Of a stretch of DNA of 64,000 bases, positions 38,301 through 51,374 are shown piece after piece. Position 1 is the first letter of the stretch, and each line of letters begins with the position of its first letter. Source of the stretch: the human T2T-CHM13v2.0 reference genome, Homo sapiens. Both the position numbers and the translations under genes were made by a program. A model generated the notes under the pieces. That model saw only the letters and a program-made list of their open reading frames with translations, was not told the origin of the DNA and did no database searches. Where the stretch lies: the NCBI RefSeq assembly GCF_009914755.1, contig NC_060935.1; one strand, written 5' to 3'.

Positions 38301-41300
38301 CTCTAACATTGGGCCAGTCACTTCCCTCTCTGAGCCTTAGTTTCCTCATCAATAAAACAGAGATACTGGGTCATATCCCTTAGATTGGGTGTAAGAATTG
38401 GACAAAACAACTGCCGAAGAGGCCCAGAGAGGGCCAGTGGTTGCCTAGAGTCACACAGCAAGAAGCTAGAAAAGATGCAGGATTCCTACCTCCTAGCCCT
38501 AAACTCCCCTTACCCCGTCCAGCCTCTCTGGGTCTGGGGTTCCGGACTGGAGACTGCATCATGCTGGGGCCTGGTTTGTGTAACCCAGTGGCTGGTCTCC
38601 ACAGCCTCAGGAACCACAGACCAGTGGCTTGCTCAGGGCTGGGCTTGGGCCCCTTGGTTGTTCCTCTGGCCTGGCCTGGCCTCCTCACGGGGTCTTATCT
38701 GTCCACTCTCCCCTTTCCCACCAAACTAATCTCTCCCTCTTTTCAGGAGTTCCTGTTTCCTCTCTGCCGCCTTCTTGTCTCCCTCCTCAGACCCTGTCTT
38801 TCCCAGGTCTCCAGCCAGCCTCCCACACTTGGTTCAGAGCCGCCTCAGAGCGGCTGGTGCTGTCATCACTGGGGAGTCTCCATCTTTCGGGGGCTCTCCA
38901 AGCCTCACACAGCCCTGTCTGTGACTGCTGCCCCTTACACAGGAGGGAGATGGAGCAAGTCCTGGGAAGGGAAATCTGCTGGGGACAAGAATTCTGACAC
39001 CCTCAGATCAGTATGCAGCCTTCAAAATCCTTTGGGTTGGCCATTGGCCTGGGGGCCTCTACAGGGCTGGCAAGGCAGTGGTTTGGGGTTTCTACTCCAC
39101 AATTCCTGAGTACCAAGATCTCACGTTTCCAAATCTCTGAACACAATGAGATCCTGAGCTACCAGAGCTCCGAGGTCCTGGGAGCCTCCACACCCCTGTG
39201 ATGCACCTGGCAGAGGCCCCAGCATCCACCTCCCCGGAGTGGGGCTCAGCCTGGTTGCATTCTTAGAGCCTTGACCTGGGGGTGAGGGGAAGCACCGGGA
39301 CCAGCTCCCACTGCCCTTCGGTTGTCCAGCTCCTGGCCAGCCAGAAAGGTTAAGTGCTTTGTCACAGATGTGGGGACGGGCCAGTAGCCCGCTGAGTCAG
39401 GGACCCCCCCCCAGGGTCTCCTGTCCTGAGCTTGAGGACTCCCCTCCCAGCCCTCCAGCTCAGCCCAGGAAACGGTCTTCAGCTCTCCATGCAGCTCCCC
39501 CGAGCCTGCTGGGAGTGCGGACATGTGAGCAGGAACGCACCTGCGCTCAGAGCCCTGCTGTGCTGGGAGTTTTCCTGAGGTCTGGAGCGAGCCGCCTTTT
39601 CTTGCAGAGCCTCAGTTTCCTCCTCTGTCAATGGTAACAATACTCACTTCGGAGGGCTGCTGTGATGACTTGGGCCACTGTGTTTAGAAGGTCACACAGC
39701 AGGTGCACAATAAATGGTAGCAGTTATATCATGTGGCCACCCTTTCTGAGAGCCATTCTGGGTCCTTGGTCTGGTTTCCCCATTTACTTGTCCTGACAGA
39801 GGTCCAAAGGACACTCCCAAATCCAACATTTTGGAGGTATGTTTTATACCCAGCCCTGTTGTGCTGCCCCCCAGATCCCAGGGCCCATTGGTGCATATGG
39901 CTGGTCCCAGCCCATGAAAAGGCCCCAGACAGGTGGGGAAGACAGATGATATGACACAACACAGGCCTCTACAACACCTTGGTTCCATGAAACATTGCAG
40001 GGAGCACAGAGGCTGTGGAAACCCAGAGGAGGCCCCTGACCCAGGCTGAGGGTAGTTGGGGAGGGCTTCCTGGAGGAGGGAGCCATTTACCTGGCTTTTG
40101 CAGAAGAGGGCATTGGCTGGCAGCTTGAGAAGGAGGGTGATGGCTGCTTTAAATGTTCAGAGGGTTGTGGGGTGCCTGAAGAGGGGGGAGATCCCTTCCA
40201 CCTAGGGCACTGGGGAAGGTTTTGTGGAGAGGGCTGTGAGGGTTGTGTGGGATTCCAGCAGGGAAAACAGCACTCTTGGCGAGGGAGAACAGCAGATGCC
40301 CAGAGGGCAGGCAGGCTGAGCAGCTGGGAGTTGCAGGAAATGCTGTTGGAAGAATCGCCTGGGGGACAGGCCTTGTGTTCCAGGCTAGGGACTGGGGATT
40401 GGTTTTGTGGGCTAGGAGGTCGCTGAGAGCTATGAAGCAGGGAAGCCCTGGGCCTGGAGAGCGCACATTCCAGGGGCTCCTTCCAGGGAGGCTGGGGGTT
40501 TTCAACAGAGGGGCTGGCAGGGGCCCCACCCGGGAAGGCTCCACCTCCCCCCGTTCCCAGCCCCTTATCAGCTCTGTGACCACAGGAAGGCCCTTCCCAT
40601 CTCTGAATTTCCTCATCTGCAAAACACACCAGAAGACTTATCTTGAGGTTCCTTGCAGCTGGTGACGCTGTGGCTCTGGCTGTCCCCACTGCAAGCTTTC
40701 AGGCAGGGCCTCGAGGATGGCCACAGAAGGCCCCCTTCTTCCCACTCAGGATGGGTCCAGCCCCTGAGGGGTCATCCATGCCATCCCACCCCCAAGGATG
40801 TGGCTTCACTTCTCCAAATCCTGTGCAAGGCCCCGCTCTGCCCCAGCCCCTCCAGGTGGTGTCTCAGTCCTCAGCCGGCTCGGGGAGGGAAGAGCACTGG
40901 TACTAAGTCCGAGTCTCTCTGGTGCATGCAGAGATTTGGATTATAACATCCTCTTACACCCCAGCCACAGCAAGATCCAGGTGATGAACCACTGCTTCTG
41001 TTTCGGGGCCACCTGCCCTGGCCAGGCACTGGGGATACCCCACTTACTCATCTCTTGGTTACTGGTGCTGCCTCCATGAGGGAGGTGACACGGAAGCTCA
41101 GAGGGACAGTGATGTGCCTGCGGTGATCCTGTTCCCCTTGGCACCCTGTCTTCACTTGGCAACAGCCAGGACCGCCGACCTCCCTCCTGCCTCCCTGGCT
41201 GTTCCTTCTGTCTCCTGTGTCTTCTCTGAGCTTCATCTCCCCAACCTCCAAGGCAGGAGTGCCCCAGGCCTTGGTCCTCTTTACTCTTCTATCCCACACA

Positions 41301-42140
41301 CTCCCTTAGCGATGACACCCAAATGTGGATCTCCAGCCCTGGCCGCTCCCCAGCACTCCAGACCCGGATATCTGCCCGGCCACTCAGTATTTCCACTAGG
41401 AGCGTAAACTGTATCACAATCCCCACGGGCCCAAATCTGAACCCCAGGCCTCTCCCCACCCCCATGTCGGCATTCGGCCCCTTCAGCCTTCCCAGTGCTC
41501 CAGCCAAAACCCCGGCAGTCATTCTTGGGCCTCCTTCCCCTTACACCCCACATGCAAAAAGAGAACAAATCCTGTTGGCTCCCCCTTCAAAACAGAACCA
41601 GAATCCAACCACTTCTCAACACGTCCAATGCTGCCAGCCTCCAGGCACGAGGCCTTTCCCAACCTTCAGCCTTCCTCCCCACCACTCCCATTTTACAAAT
41701 GGGGAAACTGCAGCTGGCAGAGAGCCCTCCCCAGGGTCACGCAGAAAACCCACCAGGGCTAGCTAGAGCCTGGATCTGCACCACCTCCCCGAAGTCTGCA
41801 TCCCAGCTGCCCAGGGAGTGTTTTCCCTTGAAGCCAGCTTAGCAGGCAGGCCTGACAACACGGCCAGGCTTTGAGCTGCGCCTGCGTGTGTGTCCCTGAG
41901 GAAAAAAGATGCTGCCAGCTGGGTTTATGTTTCAAGACGTCTGTCCTCGCCCTTGACCAAGAGCTCTTACAGGGAGATCAGGGCCAGGGCCTGGTGTGGG
42001 GGGAGCGCGGGGGGAGAAGGGACATCAATCGGAAGCCGCCTTGCCCGGAAACTGGAGAGCTCCCTCTGCCAGCCCCAGGGTCTGCCGAGTTCACTTGACG
42101 AGGCCGGGAACTGCAGGGGCGGGCTGGGGCTCACTCAGCA

Positions 42141-42146
42141 TTTATT
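42141..42146 (-). terminator. Polyadenylation signal AATAAA of WNT11
   Basis: Plus-strand tttatt, with UGUA (CFIm) immediately upstream on the minus strand at 42153-42150. Confidence 0.8.
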
Positions 42147-42187
42147 TCATACAGCTGCTTAAAAAGCTAGTTTTAAAATAGAGATCA

Positions 42188-42228
42188 TTATATATATACA
42201 TATATATTTATATATATAAAATATATAA
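42188..42228. repeat. (TA)n-rich tract in WNT11 3' UTR
   Basis: tatatatatacatatatatttatatatataaaatatata. Confidence 0.9.
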
Positions 42229-42780
42229 AGAGGAATTGAGAAGTGCCACCCCAAAGAAAAAGCTATGTTTTATAAATATTTCTGTAGCTTCCACATCCCA
42301 AAGGAAGAAAAAGCAAAAAACAAAAGAAAACATTTACAACCCAAGCTAGTGATTCCATGTGGTGGGCCCAGCAGGCTCAGACCCCAGGGTGGGCCAGGGG
42401 GTCCCGCAGAACATTCTGAAGAAGGCGGGCAGACCCCTTCCCGGAGGCTGGTCTCTGTGGCCCTGAAAGGTCAAGTCTGTATCAGTCTCACCGATCCCAA
42501 GCCCCGCTCCTTACACCAGCCTGTGGGCACTCCAGAGCCTCAGGCTGCCAAGTTATTTTTAATCTTGTCGGTTTCCTTTGATGTCCTGCCCTCCTTCCAG
42601 GGTGGCCAGACCTTCTGTTCCTGGTGGCTTCCAAGTGAAGGCAAAGCACAAGCCGCCTCCCATGCCTGGCATCTGGAATTCACAAGCAGAGCTCCATGGA
42701 GTGTCTCCAGGCCCCTGGCCCCAGTTGCTGAGGGTCCTTGAGCAGAGTCCTCGCTCCTGCGTGGGGCGGAGGGCAGGGCC

Positions 42781-42955
42781 TCACTTGCAGACATAGCGCT
42801 CCACGGTACGCTCACACCTGCGGCAGGTGACGTAGCAGCACCAGTGGTACTTACAGTGGCACCGCTCGACCACGCGGTCTGTGTAGGGGTTGTAGCCACG
42901 CCCGCAGCACATAAGGTCGCAGCTGTCGCTTCCGTTGGATGTCTTGTTGCACTGC
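42781..42955 (-). CDS. WNT11: WNT11 coding exon 5 (175 nt to stop; [21 protein letters not shown]...[16 protein letters not shown]...YVCK*)
   Basis: Acceptor aatag|G at 42956/42955 and TGA at 42783-42781. Exons sum to 83+236+278+293+175=1065 nt, i.e. 354 aa plus stop. Confidence 0.98.
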
Positions 42956-43182
42956 CTATTGTGGGGGCAGGAAGGAGGTCAGTGCATGCCTTGGTCACCA
43001 CCCCACCAACACCCCATGACTCCCAGCCAGGCAGCCGGCAGCGTCTCCCATGGCCACCGACTCAGCCCTTCTTAGAAGCTGTCTTGATCTTTGGGGAATT
43101 TTAAATAATCCTCTTACCTAAAGGTACTTCTAACTTTTCCCTATATTTCTAATAAGGGGTTACCAAAATGATGGGGCTGTTT

Positions 43183-43545
<363 letters not shown>

Positions 43546-43548
43546 TAA

Positions 43549-43764
<216 letters not shown>

Positions 43765-45439
43765 TAAATATTATGAGAGATGTCAAGATCATTTGATTTT
43801 TAGAATCCTAGGATAAATGCTGAAATACTCGAACCCCCACTGGGCATCAGACACGCTGCTCGTGGAGGAATAGGGGTCTGTTGGCCATGTGCCTCCTGTG
43901 GGTCAGGCTCTCCCTCCAGTGTCTTATCTTAGTGGAGGCCTGTAGGGCCCTTGGGTCAGTGGAATGATTACGTCCATTATGCAGATGAAAACAGGCTCAG
44001 CAAAGGGCAGAGGCTTAAACTTGGGGACTAAAACTAAGGCCCTGACTTGCTCTCCCTACCCTAAAGGGTGGGGCATGGAAGCCAGCAGGGGCTGCATTTC
44101 TTCCCAAATGTGGGATGCGAAGACATTGAAGGTCCCTATAAAATGCAAACATTCTTCCACTGCTCTCAGTTCTTCTGTCTAGTGACAAATCATCTGTTCA
44201 GACTGGTGGCTCCTCTAGCTGGGCTGAGGCTAGACAGGGAGTGTTTTCATGAGATGTAGTTGGGGACAGAGCAGCAGGGGGCTGGGGCACTGACAGGGAC
44301 AAAGGGTCCCCACATGTGGGCCGAGGAATCCCAGAATGTCCAAGATGGGAAAGTCCTAGAGATGACCGAATGCAATCCTCATATTTACTGATGGGGAAAC
44401 AGACACAGAAGGGAGAGGGGCCTTGCCCGTGGTGAGTACAAGGTCTGTGAGAGTTCAGCAGGGCCTCCTGGAAGAGGAAAGGCCATCTAGGCCATTCATG
44501 AAGGATAAGCAAGACTCCGCCGTGCAGAGGAGGGAAGGAGTGCTGGGGTAGAGGGAACAGCCTGGGCAAAGGCAGAAGACGAGGCCTGCCCTCAGAACAG
44601 TGAGAGCAGATGGAAGGGGAGGGCTGGAGGCCCGGAGGAGGCTGATCAGTGCTGGGGGAGAGGCCAGGCCTGAGCCGGAAGGGGCCATGGGCAGAAGGAG
44701 GGGAGCGCCTGGGGAGAGTCAGCCGGTGACCAGCAAGTGGGGGCTGCCAGCAGTTCCCAGAACACCTGCCCCAGAGCTGGACAGACCTGGGTTCAAGCCC
44801 CAGCTCTGCCACTTAGTGGCTGTGTGACTTAAGGCAGGTCACTGAACCTTTTTGGGCTTTGTTTAGCCACTTGGCATCCATGAGTTCCCCCTCAGCCTTC
44901 TCCTGAAGGCTCTGGCTGAGCACTCTACCCTGAAGGGTAGGAAGGAGGCAGAGTTCTTTTTTAAATTTCTGGATCCCTGACATGCATTGTCTGAAAACTT
45001 GGCCTCCAGTGTCAGATCCAGACAAGGCCCGGGTGCCTGGGACCAGGATTGGGGCCAGTGGGGCCATAGGCCCAGGGAAGGGCCGTTGGATGCCTGGCTC
45101 CCAGGGTACAGGGTGGCTCAGACTGTGGGTGGGGGTGGGTTTCAGAGGTGCAGGCCTCTGGAAGAAATATGACAAGAGGGCTAGGGTTTGGAATATTGTC
45201 TGCAGATTAGGCCTTGGTTTCCCCAGGTTAGATTTGAGGAGGCTGCAAGGCATCTTCCGCAGAGAGGGAGGCAGCCTCTAGAGATACCCCGCATGCACAC
45301 GCCTTTCACAGTTCACCAGGCTCACTTACACCCAACCCCCAACCTCATCATCAATCTTAAATTTCCCCTCCTCTAGGAAGCCTTCCTTGATGTCCAGGCT
45401 GGATCAGGGACCCTCTGGGCTCCCTTCACACCAGGCTTT

Positions 45440-45605
45440 TCTGTCACGACCTGAGCCCTTGGGGACCTCCCACCAGCACCTGCCAGAGCCAGGCAGAGAC
45501 ACAGCTGACATGCAGTCTCATGTAATGGGCACAAGAAATGCTTGTGGTTATGAACTACTGAGAAATTGGGGGTGTTTGTTACTGCAGCAAAAGCCAACTA
45601 ATACA
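45440..45605 (+). mobile_element. Old MLT1 LTR 3' fragment
   Basis: Ends 'ttgggggtgtttgttactgcagcaaaagccaactaataca'. Confidence 0.6.
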
Positions 45606-46344
45606 GATGCCTGCAAGGGTCCCCCTAGGGAAGGACCGGGAGCCGCAAGGCAGGAAACCTGTGGGGGCTGCGAAGGAAGCCAGGAGGGTAGGTGGTGCTG
45701 AGGGCGGGGCCTCCTCATGAGGAGTGAGGGGCAGCTGGGAGAGAGGGGCCTGGCAGCCTGAGGGCACGGGGGAGGGGAGACTGCCCGGGAGGGGAGGGGA
45801 GAGGGGAGATGCTAGGTAAGTGCGCTTGGAGATCACTCGACAACCCTGTGAGCGGTGGGGTGCCCTCCCCACTGTGCGGAAGACGAGGCTGAGCTTCAGA
45901 TCAGTGAGGGATGTGCTCAAGTCCCCCTGTTGGGAAGCTGTGCCCTCCCTGACACACACAGAGCCACATATGGATCCAGGAAGACCCTTTCTTCACTCTC
46001 GGGTCCTCCGTGGGCCTCCTGCAGCCCTCCATGTTCTAGAATCCTCCTCTAACTCCCCCATCCCCATCTACCTCAGCCCAGCCTCTGGCTCCTTCCTGTC
46101 TCCCTGGCCTGACCTGGTTCCATCTTCCCTCTGCCGACCCCCTCAATCTGGCCTCCAGATGGGAGCCTGGGCCTCCTCACAGAGCCTGCTGCCCTGGCCT
46201 GTGGGGATGCAGCCCCCCAGCCCACCCCCTCCCTCTCCTGGAGACAGGAACGTGGGCTGCGGAGGAAGTCAACGCTGGCTGTGCACCAACTATGTGCCAG
46301 ACACGTTCCCAGACACCCACTCTCTGGTGCAATATTCTTTTAAC

Positions 46345-46587
46345 CCCGAGAACACGAGTTTTGTGGAATGCTATTAGGGGCTCCTTAATAAAAGAGTTCC
46401 ATGGCCAAACACCTCTGGGAAACACTGGCTTAAACAGATCCTTTACTGCAGATTCCTCAGAGCCTTTCATATGTTCTAGTGCCTTGTGAATCGCCAGAGA
46501 ATTTCCCAAATGCATGTGACGACAGAGCTCTTTCTCTCGTAGGAGATCGGGACCAGCTTTCGCCAGCACCGTCTTTGGGAAATGCTG
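46345..46587. mobile_element. MER103C-like hAT-Charlie MITE
   Basis: 'ctgggaaacactggcttaaacagatcctttactgcagattcctcagagcctttcatatg...tttgggaaatgctg'. Confidence 0.7.
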
Positions 46588-47279
46588 CTTGTGCAGTCCT
46601 CACCAGCCCCACCCATCACACGGTAGGTCTGCAGTCACCCCTGGCTCCCTCACTCTCCTGTCCTGAGCCTGCTGCAGCAGCTGTGACTGGGGCTGTGGTA
46701 GGGTTCCAGGCCTGGGGTCCCCAGGAGGAGATGGGGGCGTGCGGGGAGAGGGCTCACAGGGGCGAGGACACAGGGGCAGTGTTGCTGCACGGAATGCAGG
46801 CAGACATCACTCTCCCTCACACAGTGTAGGCTGTCCCCATCTCCCCTGGCACCTCAGTCCCTTTGCTGTGCAACGAGCAGGCTGTATGGCCTTTACCCGT
46901 CATCTGTTCATCTGACAAACATTTTCTGAGCACCTATCTTACGTTGGGCAGCCTCGTTCCTGTCCTGTCCCCCAGTAGCGTCATTGTCTCTTCCCATCTG
47001 TCTCCCCAGCTGGGGAAGGTGGAGCAGGGGCCCCCCATCAGCCTACATTCACTGGCCCCTGCCAGGTGCAGTGCAGAACAGGCGCTCCCAGCAGCTCTGC
47101 AGGGGACCCTAGAACCCTGGCATCTCCACTTAGCAGTCCTGGGGCCAACTCTCTCAACTGAGCAGGGTCTCCATTCCCCACATGCCACCTGAGTCCCTGC
47201 TGTGTGCGTGACCCTGAGCTGGGGAACAGTATGTGCAACACCGGTGACCCTTTCCCACCAAGGTGGCAGCAGGCCTCAC

Positions 47280-47572
47280 CTGTCTTGTGTCCCGTGGGAG
47301 CCCACCTTCTCATTCTTCATGCAGAAGTCAGGTGAGCTCTGCAGATAGACGAGTTCCGAGTCCTTCACAGGCCGGATATCCAGGTCCTTGGGCACCAGGT
47401 GCTTGCGGGTGCCCATGGGTCGGTGCACTACCTTGGTGGCCGACAGGTATCGGGTCTTGAGGTCAGCAGCCACATCCTGCAGCTCCTGCAGCCCCTTCCA
47501 GCAGGTGCGGATGGAGCAGGAGCCAGACACCCCATGGCACTTACACTTCATTTCCAGAGAGGCGCGCAGAGC
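47280..47572 (-). CDS. WNT11: WNT11 coding exon 4 (293 nt; [25 protein letters not shown]...SPDFC...GTQDR)
   Basis: Acceptor ccgcag|GCT and donor AG|GTGAGG at 47280/47279. Contains the Wnt signature [10 protein letters not shown] with the acylation-site serine (S215). Confidence 0.98.
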
Positions 47573-49107
47573 CTGCGGACAGGGGAAGGCGTCAGCTGGG
47601 TGGCCAGAGTCCCCTCCCTGGCCTGACCCGGGACCCCAGCCCCACCCACCCATGGCTGGGTGCTCTCAGGGAGTCACTGCCTGCTGGAGTCTGAAGTGAT
47701 AGAGCTTTTTGCTTTAAAGCTTGGAGGTGGTGTGGGCCTTCCTGCAACCGTGGGGGGCACAGCTGAGGGGCAGGAAGAAAGGCATTTTCAGGGATAGGGA
47801 TGCCATTGTTTAGCACCTGCTGTATACCAAGCGCTCTAACACATAATGGAGATTGATCACCACAACGGCCCAAGGGAGGTATCCTTACTTCCCCCATTTT
47901 AAAAAGAAGAAACAATAGCTCAGAGAGGCTAAGTCTCATGCCCAAGGGTGCAGATAGAAAATCATGGAGCTTGAATTTGAACCCAGATCTGAGGGTGATT
48001 CCAAAAGTGGTGGCTTTTAATTGTTTCATGCTTTTTCTCTCACTAAATGCTTGCTGGAAAAAAGGCAGAAAAGAAGAGAAGGAAGGAAGGGAGGAGGGTA
48101 GGAAGGGGAGAAGAGGCAGGGGTAAGTGCAGGGGGCACCTCCCCGCCGCCTGGCTGACTTTCCCCCCACTGCCAGTGCTCCTGCCAGGCCACCCTCAGCA
48201 AGCCACATCGCCACTCAGGGCCTCTGTCTTCTTTCGTGCAAGGCGAGCACATAATTCCTGCCTTGCAGAGAGCTGTAAGGATGAAATGAGATCACACACA
48301 CAAAAGGGTTTTGTGAACCATAAAAGTTAAATCAATATTGGTTTTGAAAAATCCATTTAAGTAATAACTATGGTGGAGCCCCCTTGGGCTCAGAGGCTTG
48401 GGGAGACTCTTGCCCTGGCTTCAAAAAGGACTCGGGCCCACCAGCTTCCCTGGCCCTCAGTTTCCCTATTCATACCTGAGGGGCAGAAGTTAGATGCCTT
48501 CTATGGGCCTTCCAGTTCTGCCTTTTAAACCCTTCTTTCAACACAAGACTTGGATTCCTCTGCCCAGGCCTACCCTCCTGCCTCTCCTGTACAGAGACCT
48601 GCAAGAGTCATGGGAACCTGGGCCCATCCCCTGCATCAGAGACATGGGGAAACTGAGGCACAGAGTGGGCAGGACTTGCCCAAGACAAGTGAGTTAGTGG
48701 GGGAGCTGGCCAAGGTCCCAGGACTCCTTCCCCTCACCAGTGCCAGGAAGTGAGGACCCAGGGAGTGTGTTTGGGTACCCAATCTGGAATTGTCTGTGGA
48801 GGTCACAGGGATGAAGTCAGCAGGACTGCAGGGCACCGAGGCACTGGTGAGCCATCGAGGGCAGGTGAACTAGGTTCTGCTGCTCAGCATAAGCTGGGGA
48901 AAGGGGCTTGGAGCTTCCTGGTGTATTAAACACGTTTGTGATCTCATTTAATCCTCACGCAGCCCTGCACCTTGCAGGGACACTGGCCCCTTTTGCAGAT
49001 GGCCTCAGGGACGGGCCTGATTTGCCCTGAGGCGGAGGACCCTCTTTGGGCTGCATGGTGGGGAGAGGAGGGCTGTGGCCCTGGCAGCATGTGGCGCCCA
49101 GCTGGCC

Positions 49108-49163
49108 TGGCCATGATGGTGGGCGTGGCCATGGTGGTGGGCGTGGCCATGGTGGTGGGCGTG
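49108..49163. repeat. 18-bp tandem repeat x3 (TGGCCATG(A/G)TGGTGGGCG) in intron 3
   Basis: Units at 49108, 49126 and 49144. Confidence 0.92.
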
Positions 49164-50282
49164 CTGGCCGCTGGCGAAGGGCTCCCACTGGGTTTCATGA
49201 GCAGGGGTAGGGGACAGGTCAGCAGGGCCAGGAGGCAGGAGTCCTGAGTCCCTGGCCAGGCTCTGCTATAGACCCACAGTATGATTTGGCTTCAGTTTCC
49301 CTAACTGTCCAAGGATGGCCTGGACACCCTAGAATCCTCACACAAGGAAGACCCTTGAGAACAGGTGAGGCCACTGAAGCCCCTGGACTTGGGAGTCCCA
49401 CAGTCCTGGGCTCTATTGTGCCGTGGGGCTGAGCCGCTGAAGTGCTTTCAGCCTCACTTAGTGCCTCTGTAAAATGGGGCTAAAGGGTGCAGGGAGGAGC
49501 TGATGAGATGCCATCTGCACATGCAGCTCTGGCCAAGTGGCCATCCCTGCCATTCACGGTCCTTTCCCTATCTGTAAAAAGGGGACAACAGGGCCTGCCC
49601 GAGTTGTTCTGTGACCACAGAACAGAAAGGTATGGAGCACCAAACACAGTGTCTGCAACACAGATTGGTAGAAAGTTCATTCACTGACAGGTCCACTCAC
49701 CCCAGTCTTTTGGGCAGTGAGGTGAGGAATGAATGAAAACCTGATAATAATGAATGCCGGAGGAAACTGTTCTAGCAGCTTCGGTTGGTGTGGGTGGGAG
49801 TCCCCGTTAAATCCAAGCAGATGACCCCTTAGCATAGGCTTCTGTTGACCACAGCCCTCTCCACGCCCTGGAGGGAGGGACAGCTTGAGGAACATGACAG
49901 ATGGGGACTCAGCACCAGGTCACCCCCACCATTTCATAGATGGGAACAGCTGAGGCTGGAGAGGCACTGACTTTCCCAAAGTCCCTAAGCGAGTTTAGTG
50001 CCAGAGCCAAGGCCAGAACTCAGAGCTCCTGACTCCTAGTTCAGTGCTCCCTCTGCTTGGACAACCCAAACCCCAGTGGACGCCTTGGAGGAGGAAAGCG
50101 ACACAAGCCCCAAGCAGCTGGCGAGGGAAGGGCTGAGGATGAGGATGGTGCGAGGCACATCAGGTGTGGGCCAGTCAGGGCCCGTCCCCCCGCACCCCCC
50201 ACCACTGGGGCAAGCTGGGTGGCCCTTTTCTGGCCAATGGCACAAGCACAACTATCTGGGGGTGGGTGGGGTGGGTGGTTAC

Positions 50283-50560
50283 CTGTCTCCCCACTTCACT
50301 GTTGTGTAGACGCATCAGTTTATTGGCTTGGGATCCTGTTTTTTTCACCTTCATAGGAGCATCGGAAAACTTGGCCCCCATGAGGAGCCCGTAGCTGAGG
50401 TTGTCCGCACATCCTCCCCAGCGGTTCCCGGGCCCGGGTGGCTCACCTGGGACGGGGCCGCAGGAGCAGCCGGGCAGGTCGCCGGAGGTGCAGGCCCGGG
50501 CGATGGCGTGGCTGATGGCGGCGGCCGACAGCGCATACACGAAGGCCGACTCCCGGGTCC
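50283..50560 (-). CDS. WNT11: WNT11 coding exon 3 (278 nt; [11 protein letters not shown]...WGGCADN...LHNSEVGRQ)
   Basis: Acceptor ctcag|GG at 50561/50560 and donor CAG|GTAACC at 50283/50282. Contains Wnt motifs RESAF, CSC, WGGC and LHN. Confidence 0.98.
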
Positions 50561-50914
50561 CTGAGGGTGGGAGGGGAAGGTCAGCCGACGCTGATCCAGG
50601 GCTAGGACCCTGCCCAGGTCAGAGGTCCTCCACCTTCGCCCACACCCTGCTGTAACCAAGGTGACGCCAGCAGGGGTCGGCACTAGGGCCATTGAGATGT
50701 CACCCCTGCTTCCCCAATTCCTTCTGAATATACCAGCTGACAGCCACACTCAGGACCCCACACCCACAGGCATGCCCTCACCCACGTCCTCCTACTCACA
50801 CTCACAGCTCTAGGCTTCCACCCACTTGCCCTGCACTGGCATTAGGGGATGCTTTACAGTAGTGAGGCCCAGGCTCTGAGCTCCTGATGCGCCAGACAAA
50901 TGCACAAAGGACCT

Positions 50915-51374
50915 GCTATGCGTGGACCTGTGTCCCCCCGAAGGATGTGTTCAAGTCCTGACCCCTGTACCTGTGAGCATAATCTTATGACGAAGTGGGG
51001 TCTTTGCAGATGTAATGGGGCTGAGACGAGGTCATACCGGATCAGGGTGGGCCCTAGGCCAGTGGCTGGTGTCCTTATAAGAAAGGGGAATTTCGGATAC
51101 ACAGACACACAAAGAGGGAGCTTGCCCTGTGATGACAGAGGCAGAGACCGCAGTGACACAGCTGCAAGCTAAAGAATGCCAAGGATGGCGGGCCGCCACC
51201 AGGAGCTAGGGACGGGCCAGGAAGGATCCTCCCTAGCACCTTCAGGGGGAGCACGGCCCTGCTGACACCTCGATTTCAGACTTCCGGCCTCCAGAACTTT
51301 GAGACAATACACATCTGTTGTTTGCAAGCAGCCAGTTGTGGCCCATTGGACAGCAGCCCTGGGAAACGAATACG
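50915..51374 (+). mobile_element. MLT1 (C-like) MaLR solo LTR in intron 2
   Basis: 'gtgtcccccc...aagtcctgacccc...gtctttgcagatgtaat...ggtgtccttataagaa...cagacttccggcctccagaact...gcagccctgggaaacgaatac'. Confidence 0.85.

Larger units (their letters stand above)
42120..42780 (-). other. WNT11: WNT11 3' UTR (end approximate)
   Basis: Follows the stop codon and becomes AU-rich at 42140-42340, ending near an AATAAA. The cleavage site is inferred ~15-25 nt past the hexamer. Confidence 0.8.

Noticed and set aside
50667-50679. CTCF-like motifs (also near 2375, 53695 and 63913)
   Set aside because: All have core mismatches and are common in GC-rich DNA. They cannot be called without a PWM scan or ChIP data.
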